Source: a virus
Lineage: Duplodnaviria; Caudoviricetes
Virus record (IMG/VR): IMGVR_UViG_3300011339_000063
Location: 1-37,403 of that record
Length of the DNA stretch: 37,403 bases
Reading direction: 5' to 3' (one strand)
The stretch's first letter is position 1. Each line of letters opens with the position of its first letter. The position numbers and the translations under genes are program-made. This document shows positions 1 through 7,161 of this stretch, piece after piece. Under the pieces are notes generated by a model. It saw only the letters and a program-made list of their open reading frames with translations, was not told the origin of the DNA and did no database searches.

Positions 1-267
1 TGGGTCATTGATAATGTCCCTACCGTAAACCATGAACCAAACCATAGATGTTTTGTTCTTAAAATGTTGAAATTTACTCCAGTGCCTAACTTTCATATAA
101 CCCCCTTAAAATAAACATTCTTCATATTGTGTCATGTCTGGCACGACCTTTGCTTTAGGAATAACCTTTAACTTACAGTTAGGCCTGTTCTCAAGAAACC
201 ATAGTGCAGATGCCTTGATACTAAAGGCTCTTAGCGGTTTTCCGTCAAACTCGTCTAAAATGATAAA
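1..267. repeat. Terminal direct repeat / circular overlap, left copy
   Basis: 1-267 aligns without gaps to 37137-37403, with mismatches at 32, 84, 136, 148, 200, 226 and 258. The repeat cuts through two ORFs, which fits a circularised assembly with a unit genome of about 37,136 bp. Confidence 0.95.
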
Positions 268-282
268 TCTAAGATATTCCAT
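106..282 (-). CDS. Hypothetical protein (58 aa), first gene of the leftward arm, possibly leaderless
   Basis: ORF MEYLRFIILDEFDGKPLRAF...; ATG at 282 lies 8 nt after a predicted -10 box with no SD. The track start at 300 falls inside the promoter. It is followed by AAGGGGG-ATG of the replication gene across the circular junction. Confidence 0.65.
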   Translation of the reverse strand: MEYLRFIILDEFDGKPLRAFSIKASALWFLENRPNCKLKVIPKAKVVPDMTQYEECLF

Positions 283-290
283 AGGTAAGA

Positions 291-319
291 ACGCTATCAC
301 AAGTAAAAATGATTTGCAA
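291..319 (-). promoter_or_regulatory. Leftward early sigma70 promoter
   Basis: Minus strand TTGCAA (319-314), 17 nt spacer, TAGCGT (296-291), with TGn extended -10. Confidence 0.55.
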
Positions 320-329
320 ACTATTTTTG

Positions 330-359
330 TATAAATATTATATAAATATTATATAAATA
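330..359. repeat. A/T-only 11-bp tandem repeat (TATAAATATTA x about 2.7) between the divergent promoters
   Basis: TATAAATATTA TATAAATATTA TATAAATA read directly. Confidence 0.8.
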
Positions 360-363
360 GTTC

Positions 364-391
364 TTGACATATTTTACTAAATCTATAATAT
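364..391 (+). promoter_or_regulatory. Rightward early sigma70 promoter
   Basis: Perfect TTGACA at 364-369; TAATAT at 386-391 (16 nt spacer) overlapping TATAAT at 384-389; GGAG SD before ATG 428. Confidence 0.7.
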
Positions 392-427
392 AACTCTTGT
401 AACACATTTTTAATAACGGAGATTAGA

Positions 428-712
428 ATGAAAAACCAACTAATACAACAAGAAATCTTAAAAAACATTGACCAAAATGCTATTGCGTTTTTTGGACTTC
501 CAACTATCAAAGATATTATTGAAGATTATGTAATAAACTTACCAGCAAATTTAAAGTACATTATTGCTAATGAATCACATGGTTGTGATATTTTAACTGA
601 CAGAGGTAGTGAATGGGCAGATGATGTTATGGGTATTTTAAGTGAATTAGATATGCAAGCTGCAGATGACGCTATGATGTATGAACAATGTTATGCTGGT
701 AATAATTATTAA
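428..712 (+). CDS. Hypothetical early protein (acidic)
   Basis: 94-aa ORF with GGAG SD, first gene after the promoter. Confidence 0.75.
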   Translation: MKNQLIQQEILKNIDQNAIAFFGLPTIKDIIEDYVINLPANLKYIIANESHGCDILTDRGSEWADDVMGILSELDMQAADDAMMYEQCYAGNNY

Positions 713-724
713 AGGGGTAATTTA

Positions 725-931
725 ATGGAAGCAATATCAATCTTAAAAAGCTACATAGATGATCTTCAACACCATGACTGGTACTATAATTTTTCAGATG
801 ATCATCAAGCATGGATGCTTGGATCAGCCACAGAAACTAGATTGCTTGAAACAGCAAAATCTATTGACCCAGAGTTTCAAATCTGGAATACAATAGCTCC
901 AGACCCATTTAAGGATGGCAAAAATGGATAG
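725..931 (+). CDS. Hypothetical early protein (HDWYY.FSDD motif)
   Basis: AAGGGG SD; the HDWYYxxSDD motif is familiar from small phage early proteins. Confidence 0.75.
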   Translation: MEAISILKSYIDDLQHHDWYYNFSDDHQAWMLGSATETRLLETAKSIDPEFQIWNTIAPDPFKDGKNG

Positions 932-1052
932 GTTCTTTAGATTTATTACTAACACAAGGTTACAAAAAAAGTTTACACAAAAGTTTTATGTTGGGGTAAA
1001 ATGGTTTTGTATCATATTTTGGAGTTACTTCATTTATGAATTCATTAGATAA
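924..1052 (+). CDS. Small basic/hydrophobic protein (42 aa), not in ORF track
   Basis: MDRFFRFITNTRLQKKFTQKFYVGVKWFCIIFWSYFIYEFIR*; overlaps the upstream stop, AAGGA upstream, C-terminal hydrophobic stretch. Confidence 0.55.
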   Translation: MDRFFRFITNTRLQKKFTQKFYVGVKWFCIIFWSYFIYEFIR

Positions 1053-1209
1053 ATTAATTGCAGAAATCAAGGCCGCTGCAGATGAGCTAAAGGCCGATAA
1101 CGATAAAGCGGAGCAAAAAGAAAATGGACGATATACAGTTTTACCAGCAGTACCAGCAACAAGAGCAAGAACAATTAGAACAACAACAAAAACAAACGGA
1201 GGCAAGTGA
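1036..1209 (+). CDS. Small hypothetical protein (57 aa), not in ORF track
   Basis: MNSLDKLIAEIKAAADELKADNDKAEQKENGRYTVLPAVPATRARTIRTTTKTNGGK*; its stop overlaps the next ATG (TGATG). Confidence 0.5.
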   Translation: MNSLDKLIAEIKAAADELKADNDKAEQKENGRYTVLPAVPATRARTIRTTTKTNGGK

Positions 1210-1222
1210 TGTCAACAACTAA
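1124..1222 (+). CDS. Overprinted Gln/Glu-rich micro-ORF (32 aa)
   Basis: MDDIQFYQQYQQQEQEQLEQQQKQTEASDVNN* in a different frame from 1036-1209, with GGAG about 10 nt upstream. Confidence 0.35.
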   Translation: MDDIQFYQQYQQQEQEQLEQQQKQTEASDVNN

Positions 1223-1724
1223 ACAAGGTGTAGTAAATATTCGTGGTAAAGAGTACAAAACGGTTGCACTTCGTGTGCAAGAGTTTCGTGAACAGTTCAA
1301 GGATTATTGTTTGACTACTGAGGTAGTTCAATTGGATCAAGAACAATGCGTAATTAAAGCATCTGTAATTGATACCGTTAATCGTGTAGTGGCTACAGGC
1401 CTTGCACAAGAATTTAGAAAGGCATCTCAAATCAATGGTACGTCTTATGTGGAAAATTGTGAAACTTCTGCTATCGGTAGGGCTTTGGCTTGTCTTGGTC
1501 TTGGCGGTACTGAGTTTGCTTCAGCTAATGAAGTGCTTAATGCTATTCACCAACAAAACAATCCAGTTGTTGAAAAGATTTCAGATGAGGATCTTGAGGT
1601 TATTAAAGGCCAACTGATCTTATCTCATGAAGCTGGTGAGTTAAAACAGGCCTTCCATAAGTTAAGTCCATACGCACAAGAAAAATTGCGTGACTTTGCT
1701 AATGATTTAAGAAAGGCTGCATGA
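1209..1724 (+). CDS. Putative single-strand annealing recombinase (Rad52/Erf/Sak-like superfamily)
   Basis: IRGKEY...ENCETSAIGRALA motif; lies directly upstream of an exonuclease and SSB-like gene, the usual phage recombination triad; GGAGG SD. Confidence 0.6.
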   Translation: MSTTKQGVVNIRGKEYKTVALRVQEFREQFKDYCLTTEVVQLDQEQCVIKASVIDTVNRVVATGLAQEFRKASQINGTSYVENCETSAIGRALACLGLGGTEFASANEVLNAIHQQNNPVVEKISDEDLEVIKGQLILSHEAGELKQAFHKLSPYAQEKLRDFANDLRKAA

Positions 1725-2269
1725 GTCACTTAAAGCAAAATGCTAGACACAATCGTATTACCGCTAGTAATACATGGGCAGCGGTTTACGAGAGGCAAAA
1801 ACTTTGGAGGGACATGACGTTTCGTAGCCCTCTATTTGAAGGTAATGAGGCCACAGAATGGGGTCAAGTTAATGAGCCTATAGCATTGAGCCAGTTTGAA
1901 AAAGACATGGATGTTATCTGTGAGTCTGGTAATAAATTAATACTTCACCCAGAGTTGCCATATGCTGCCAGCCCAGATGCATTTATAGAAAAAATACCAG
2001 TTGAGATAAAGTGTCCCTTTACACAGATGGTATACCCAGAGATTCCAGAACGATATTATTTTCAAGTTCAGTTACAACTTGAAGTATGTGACCAACCATA
2101 TGCATGGTTTTATGTTTGGACACCAGATGCAACACAAGTAACTAAAGTAGAACGTAACAAAGCATTCATTAAATGGTACACACCGTTAGCATTAGAGTTC
2201 TTAAAGTACTTAGATGATGACGTTGAGCCAGTAAGATGGAAACGTAAGCCAATTTTTATTAAGGAGTAG
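1721..2269 (+). CDS. YqaJ/lambda-type exonuclease
   Basis: ITAS, WG..NE, ASPD, EIKCP and YY.QVQ.QL motifs. Confidence 0.9.
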   Translation: MSHLKQNARHNRITASNTWAAVYERQKLWRDMTFRSPLFEGNEATEWGQVNEPIALSQFEKDMDVICESGNKLILHPELPYAASPDAFIEKIPVEIKCPFTQMVYPEIPERYYFQVQLQLEVCDQPYAWFYVWTPDATQVTKVERNKAFIKWYTPLALEFLKYLDDDVEPVRWKRKPIFIKE

Positions 2270-2272
2270 TGT

Positions 2273-2494
2273 ATGGCAGAATATGATAATACCAATACTT
2301 TTACATTGTTTTTAAATGATAAAGGTGATAACCCTAAGAGGCCAGATAGATCTGGGAATTTAAATATTAACGGTGTTGAATACAGAATGTCTGGCTGGAT
2401 TAGACAAAGTGCAAGAGGTGAATTTCTTTCTGGTACTGTACAGCTAAAAGAAGCTGCAAAGTCTGTAGAAAACAATGAGGATGTTCCTTTTTAG
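2273..2494 (+). CDS. Small putative single-stranded DNA-binding protein
   Basis: KRPD.SG...SGW...FLS core with an acidic C-terminal DVPF tail typical of SSBs; AAGGAG SD. Confidence 0.65.
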   Translation: MAEYDNTNTFTLFLNDKGDNPKRPDRSGNLNINGVEYRMSGWIRQSARGEFLSGTVQLKEAAKSVENNEDVPF

Positions 2495-2504
2495 GATCAT
2501 CCCC
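2469..2504 (-). terminator. Intrinsic terminator for the antisense pqqA unit (possibly bidirectional)
   Basis: Minus strand GGGGATG-A-TCCT-AAAA-AGGA-A-CATCCTC followed by ATTGTTTT; overlaps the stop of the SSB-like gene. Confidence 0.6.
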
Positions 2505-2546
2505 ATACACACTATACACAACATTACACTAAGTGTAACTTTTAGA

Positions 2547-2618
2547 TTACTTGTTCATAACGTACATAGTTACTTCAAAACCGAAACGCATTTCAGTAGC
2601 TGCTGGAGTTGTCCACAT
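2547..2618 (-). CDS. pqqA: Pyrroloquinoline quinone precursor peptide PqqA (23 aa)
   Basis: Translates to MWTTPAATEMRFGFEVTMYVMNK*, matching the PqqA pattern W-x-x-P...R-x-GFE-x-x-x-Y with the E-X3-Y core; AAGGA SD 8 nt upstream. Confidence 0.95.
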   Translation of the reverse strand: MWTTPAATEMRFGFEVTMYVMNK

Positions 2619-2661
2619 GGTTAGTATCCTTAAAGGTTTCTGGCTTATGCCATTAAGTGAG

Positions 2662-2690
2662 ATTATACACCCAGCAAGCTATCTGGAATA
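2662..2690 (-). promoter_or_regulatory. Putative pqqA promoter
   Basis: Perfect TATAAT on the minus strand at 2667-2662, about 44 nt upstream of the ATG; -35 is weak. Confidence 0.5.
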
Positions 2691-2714
2691 TCAGTAAAAC
2701 CATGAAAGAGGTCT

Positions 2715-2966
2715 ATGTTTAAGTTTGAGTTTAAAGAGTCAGTAAGAGCTGAATTAGCAACAACACCACACGCTAGACTATTTCATGCAATACTATTGCA
2801 GGCTATGAAAGATGCTATAGATGGTTATGGTACTGAACGTGAATCTGCTATTAGGTGGCTTAATGAACACGATAATGTTGTAAAAGACATATGCTTAATA
2901 TTATCTGGATATGATGAGCATTATATTCATGACATTATAGGAAAACGTAATAATGGACATTCATAG
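2715..2966 (+). CDS. Hypothetical protein (LF.AILLQAMKDA helical motif)
   Basis: 83-aa ORF with GAGG SD. Confidence 0.7.
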   Translation: MFKFEFKESVRAELATTPHARLFHAILLQAMKDAIDGYGTERESAIRWLNEHDNVVKDICLILSGYDEHYIHDIIGKRNNGHS

Positions 2967-3333
2967 TTTAGAGCTTGATATTGCCTGCTACAGTACTGCT
3001 GTTTACCATGAAGTTAATACAAGGACACTTGAAGAAAAACTGGGAGTGATCAACGTAATCCGAAACAGACTTAAGTCTGGTAGGTGGGGTAATAGTGTGT
3101 GCAGCGTTGTGTACGCATCTGGCCAGTTCGCTGTGCAAGATGAAAGGCAGCACCCAGTAAATGAGAAGGCATATCTTAAAACAAAGTTATTAGTGCTTGA
3201 CACCATAGTGTTTAACAAGTATCCTAACCCAGTTGCGAACAGTCTGTATTTTCATGATGATTCTATACCGCCAAAAAAAGAATGGTTTGGCCGAAAAAAA
3301 ATTGTACATATAAAACGAATGGTATTTTATTAA
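2953..3333 (+). CDS. SleB-like cell wall hydrolase (Hydrolase_2 family)
   Basis: C...AVYHE...V..VI.NR...W..SVC.VV...GQF...LYFH...FY pattern; catalytic Glu present; no obvious signal peptide. Confidence 0.85.
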   Translation: MDIHSLELDIACYSTAVYHEVNTRTLEEKLGVINVIRNRLKSGRWGNSVCSVVYASGQFAVQDERQHPVNEKAYLKTKLLVLDTIVFNKYPNPVANSLYFHDDSIPPKKEWFGRKKIVHIKRMVFY

Positions 3334-3563
3334 TGAAGCCACTAGCATTTTTAGTAGAAGAATTTGACAGCACAGGACAGCTTGTGTGGTCTGGACTTAT
3401 GACTTCAGAACCAACGTCTTTAGAAATTTGTAAAGATATAAAAAACAAATTACATAATTGGACTATCACGCCATTGCTTCCAGACACAAAAAATATTATT
3501 AAAGTAAATAACATTAAAAAATACAACAGCAAATTATTAACGGAGGCTTACGGTGGCGACTAA
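3333..3563 (+). CDS. Hypothetical protein
   Basis: MKPLAFLVEEFD...; ATG overlaps the previous TAA (TAATG). Confidence 0.65.
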   Translation: MKPLAFLVEEFDSTGQLVWSGLMTSEPTSLEICKDIKNKLHNWTITPLLPDTKNIIKVNNIKKYNSKLLTEAYGGD

Positions 3564-4290
3564 ACCAAATTTATTTATAGCAACACCCATGTATGGAGGT
3601 TTATGTTATGGCACTTATTTAGAGTCTATGCTTAAACTGCAAGCATGGCTTAATGCTAAAGACATAGAAGCATACTTTTCATTTCTTTATAACGAAAGCC
3701 TTATCACTCGTGGTCGTAATACATTAGTAAATGACTTTTTAAAAGGCGATGCTACACACTTAATGTTTATTGATGCTGACATACAGTTTGAGGCAAAAGA
3801 TTTATTAAAGATGATTGATTCTGACGTAGAGATTATATGTGGTCTGTATCCTAAAAAAGAAATTAACTGGGGTGGTGTAGCTTATGCTATTGAAAAGAAA
3901 GTGCCACAGGATCAACTTAAATACTTTACAGGTGAGTATGTGGTAAATATGGTAGGTGATGTTAAGTCACAGTTAGTGCCATTAGATAAACCATTTGAGA
4001 TTAAACATGGCGGTACAGGCTTTATGTTAATTAAACGTGAGGTATTTGATAAACTCAAAGACAAGTGTCCATCGTATATACATAATATGAGTGATGTAAA
4101 CGACAACTCTGATTTAGGTGATAAGATCACAGAATACTTTACCACTAGCATTGATGAGCAAAATCATTTGTTAAGTGAGGATTATCATTTCTGTAAACTT
4201 GCTCGTGATAATGGTATTAAAGTACATGGTGCAGCTTGGACACAGTTAGTACATACAGGAACTTATCAATACAGTGGGAGGTTAGTATGA
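3553..4290 (+). CDS. Glycosyltransferase-like protein (GT-A fold)
   Basis: FIATPMYGG, SLITRGRN, HLMFIDAD (DxD), GTGFMLIKREVF and SEDYHFC motifs; GGAGG SD with GTG start. Confidence 0.8.
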   Translation: MATKPNLFIATPMYGGLCYGTYLESMLKLQAWLNAKDIEAYFSFLYNESLITRGRNTLVNDFLKGDATHLMFIDADIQFEAKDLLKMIDSDVEIICGLYPKKEINWGGVAYAIEKKVPQDQLKYFTGEYVVNMVGDVKSQLVPLDKPFEIKHGGTGFMLIKREVFDKLKDKCPSYIHNMSDVNDNSDLGDKITEYFTTSIDEQNHLLSEDYHFCKLARDNGIKVHGAAWTQLVHTGTYQYSGRLV

Positions 4291-4550
4291 GTAAATACAA
4301 ATTAGAAATGCAAGAAGGTAGCTTTAAAAACACATTAGAATTTGAGGCAGATGGATTAGATGATGTCATAGCAAATATGGAAATATTTTTAAAAGGATGT
4401 GGATTTTTCTTTGGTGGAATATTAGATGTTCATAAAGGTGATGCAGAAACAAATTCTATGCACGCAGTATCATATAGACATACAACTGATAAAGATTTTG
4501 ATGATGTCATGACAGATAGTGATGAATTGGATATGGAAATAAAAGAATGA
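4287..4550 (+). CDS. Hypothetical acidic protein (FLKGCGF motif)
   Basis: GGAGG SD and ATGA overlap with the GT gene. Confidence 0.7.
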   Translation: MSKYKLEMQEGSFKNTLEFEADGLDDVIANMEIFLKGCGFFFGGILDVHKGDAETNSMHAVSYRHTTDKDFDDVMTDSDELDMEIKE

Positions 4551-4702
4551 TTGTTTATCAAGTTACTGGTCTATTTTTTAAAGGAAGAAAAAGATACATA
4601 AAAAGACGAGTGTCAGATAAAAATAAAAGATGGTATGATAAATTTTATAAACGTAGAGGACAAAATTACTGGTGGAAGGATGTAGCAGATGATAATTCCT
4701 AA
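4547..4702 (+). CDS. Small Arg/Lys- and aromatic-rich protein (51 aa), not in ORF track
   Basis: MIVYQVTGLFFKGRKRYIKRRVSDKNKRWYDKFYKRRGQNYWWKDVADDNS*; ATGA-coupled and fills the gap between its neighbours. Confidence 0.6.
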   Translation: MIVYQVTGLFFKGRKRYIKRRVSDKNKRWYDKFYKRRGQNYWWKDVADDNS

Positions 4703-5294
4703 TAACATGATTAGCCATGTAGGAAAGATATTTCAAGGTGAGTATGCTATACTTGGTGCATTAGAAAATCCATACATCATAGATATTGGTGCTAATGTAG
4801 GTGGGTTTGCAGTTTGGGCACATGAGTTTTTTAAGAATCCAAAAATAGATTGCTATGAGCCTATAAAAGAAAACTATAGTTTATTAAGGCAGAATACAGC
4901 AGGTACTGATATAGCCATTAAGAACTTTGCTATAGGTAAAGAAGATGGTGAGCGTCAAATGTATTATGGACTACATAACTGTGGTGAGGCTAGTCTGTAT
5001 AGTGGTGAAGAGCAGGCTAAGGAAGGTGAGATAGTTAAGGTAATGTCAGCCAAACATCTGCCAGAGTGTGACATCATGAAGATTGATACTGAAGGTGCAG
5101 AGATTGAGATACTGGAAAACTTAGTAAACTTTCCATCAATATTTTTGATAGAGTTTCATAGTGCAAATAACCGTAGACGTATAGATGAATTGCTACTTGA
5201 CTACACACTTTTAGAGTGTACAATGCGTGGTTATAATTATGGTGTATTAAAATACTTACGGACTAATTTATGTATACAAGAGCAGACAGCATAA
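4689..5294 (+). CDS. FkbM-family SAM-dependent methyltransferase
   Basis: IIDIGANVG, CYEP, KIDTEGAE and IEFH motifs. Confidence 0.9.
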   Translation: MIIPNNMISHVGKIFQGEYAILGALENPYIIDIGANVGGFAVWAHEFFKNPKIDCYEPIKENYSLLRQNTAGTDIAIKNFAIGKEDGERQMYYGLHNCGEASLYSGEEQAKEGEIVKVMSAKHLPECDIMKIDTEGAEIEILENLVNFPSIFLIEFHSANNRRRIDELLLDYTLLECTMRGYNYGVLKYLRTNLCIQEQTA

Positions 5295-5476
5295 GGCAAG
5301 CGTATTTTATAAAAAATTATATTGAAGATAATCCTAATTGCACGATGAAAAATATTATTGAAAACTGTGTGACAAATGTTCACAGACTTAAAAATCTTGA
5401 AAGACAAGGATACATCAAATTACCTAAACCTACACCATATGGGGAACGCAATGGCCTTTTTAGAAAAACTGCTTGA
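5270..5476 (+). CDS. Small putative winged-helix DNA-binding protein
   Basis: YIEDNPNCT....RLKNLERQGYI resembles a wHTH. Confidence 0.5.
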   Translation: MYTRADSIRQAYFIKNYIEDNPNCTMKNIIENCVTNVHRLKNLERQGYIKLPKPTPYGERNGLFRKTA

Positions 5477-5567
5477 GTTTGTTGTTTACTTATTAATTGT
5501 TAGTGGAATTGTTTGGTTTTTAATTGGCTGTTACACTTTAATTGATTTATTTTTTATGAAAGGATAG
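5451..5567 (+). CDS. Small single-pass membrane protein (38 aa)
   Basis: MAFLEKLLEFVVYLLIVSGIVWFLIGCYTLIDLFFMKG; GGGG SD. Confidence 0.55.
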   Translation: MAFLEKLLEFVVYLLIVSGIVWFLIGCYTLIDLFFMKG

Positions 5568-5569
5568 TT

Positions 5570-5851
5570 ATGTCAGATAATGTATTTACATCGCCAAAAC
5601 ATTATACGGTAGGTGGGGTAGAGGTTATAGATGTGATTGAAGCTAAACTTACTAAAGAAGAGTTTATTGGATATTTAAAAGGCAATATTATTAAATATAC
5701 TTTAAGATCATCTTTTAAAGGTAATTTAGTTGAAGATATGGGCAAAGCAGATGTTTATAAAAACTGGTTACTTCAAATGGTTGTAGAAGAAGATGATGAA
5801 ATAAATCCGCAACATGAAGCACTTTTAAATAGATTTGCTGACGAAGATTAA
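5570..5851 (+). CDS. DUF3310 family protein (T7 gp1.7/SaV-like)
   Basis: V.SP.HY..GGVEVID.I...GYLKGN.IKY..R...K...ED..KA..Y pattern. Confidence 0.85.
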   Translation: MSDNVFTSPKHYTVGGVEVIDVIEAKLTKEEFIGYLKGNIIKYTLRSSFKGNLVEDMGKADVYKNWLLQMVVEEDDEINPQHEALLNRFADED

Positions 5852-7161
5852 TTTTTATAAAGCATATCATTTAATAGATCAAAGTTTTCTATTGTACCGC
5901 TAGTATTTCTATTAAATAATTCATTTGTAGGGTAATCTAATGTAAGTGGATTACCTTGCACATATTCAAATGGATATGTTTCAAGTCTTTGCTTGTCAGT
6001 TAATGGCTGCCTTCTTTCAACTAGCCTTGCCTCAGCTTCGCCACCAAGTCGTTTATATTTTCTAATATCTTGATTTGCAATATCGTTATATATTGCCTTT
6101 AACTCATCTCTATTATATTTATCAAATAAATCCATAGATCCTTTAGCTAACTTTTTATTGGTAACTCTGCTAAATGTATCAGTTAATTTATCTAATGGTA
6201 CACCATGCTTATCTCTTAAAATGTGTAATGCATTAGCCTGCATAATTTGTTTTTCTAATTTTTTATTTGCAGAAGTTTGTGGAAATAATGCTGCAGAGCC
6301 GCCTCTTCCAAAATCATTTTTAAATTGAACAGCATGATTTGTTTCATGCAATACATTTCTAAGTATATTATTTAAGTCTTTTGGATCAATATTATCTTGA
6401 AAACTATAGTTTGGTGGGTAGATTTCTAATCTAATCCTATCTAATGGATTGTTGTAAGAAGCACCTAATGCCTTAGGATTTCCTTTTTTATCTTTAAATG
6501 CTTGTGGCTCAAACTCTATTTTTGTTTCTTTTAGCTCTGGGTGTGCTGCATATAATTGTGGATGATCTAAAAAATCACCAAGTTTATTATATTCATTTTG
6601 TGGAAGAGATTTAACATCATATACAGGCTTATATTTAAATTTAGCAGCATCATCACTTATTTCTTGCCTTAGTTGTTTATCCCATGTGGATCTTCCAGTA
6701 CCAAGTAAAGACCATACTTCTCTAGGATCAGCACCTTTAGCTAACATATCTTCAGCTTTAGCAGCTTTAACAGCATCCCAAGTTTTAGATCCTTTACCTA
6801 CAAATATACCAGCAGCACCAACACCTAACCCACCAGCCATACCTAATGGATTATTTTTTGCAACTGATCTGCCAAATATGTCACCGCCTTCAGCACCAGA
6901 TAGTGGTATGCCAGCTGGAGTAAAGCCAGCAACATTAGCAACATTTTCAGATGTACGTCTAGCAAATCTAGGATCAACGTTTAAGAACTCTAGGCCTTTA
7001 GTTAATGGGTTAGTAACAAGTCTTTCTGTAGGTGTGTATTCACTAGGCTTAAGAACTTGCTTACCTTGAGCAATTAACTTTGATTCAGCTAATGCTTTTT
7101 TCCAGTCAGCGTCTGATCCTTCACTTAAAAATTTTAAATTTTTAAAATCCATTAATGCCAT
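5848..7161 (-). CDS. LPD23-like domain plus zincin metallopeptidase (polyvalent-protein type)
   Basis: LRQEISDD, DHPQLYAAHPEL, LHETNHAVQ (HExxH), GRGG and Y.RL.GEAEAR motifs; Gly-rich hydrophobic N-terminal segment. Confidence 0.7.
   Translation of the reverse strand: MALMDFKNLKFLSEGSDADWKKALAESKLIAQGKQVLKPSEYTPTERLVTNPLTKGLEFLNVDPRFARRTSENVANVAGFTPAGIPLSGAEGGDIFGRSVAKNNPLGMAGGLGVGAAGIFVGKGSKTWDAVKAAKAEDMLAKGADPREVWSLLGTGRSTWDKQLRQEISDDAAKFKYKPVYDVKSLPQNEYNKLGDFLDHPQLYAAHPELKETKIEFEPQAFKDKKGNPKALGASYNNPLDRIRLEIYPPNYSFQDNIDPKDLNNILRNVLHETNHAVQFKNDFGRGGSAALFPQTSANKKLEKQIMQANALHILRDKHGVPLDKLTDTFSRVTNKKLAKGSMDLFDKYNRDELKAIYNDIANQDIRKYKRLGGEAEARLVERRQPLTDKQRLETYPFEYVQGNPLTLDYPTNELFNRNTSGTIENFDLLNDMLYKN

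Noticed and set aside
1-267. Diverged repeat pair as a DGR template/variable repeat
   Set aside because: No reverse transcriptase is visible, only 5 of 7 mismatches are at adenines of one strand, and the copies sit exactly at the window ends.
960-1205. 81-aa minus-strand ORF with a hydrophobic start
   Set aside because: It is the antisense shadow of A-rich plus-strand micro-ORFs that have better SD and coupling signals.
6686-7069. 127-aa plus-strand Pro/Ala/Ser-rich ORF
   Set aside because: Antisense shadow of the Gly/Ala-rich N-terminus of the LPD23-like gene; no SD.
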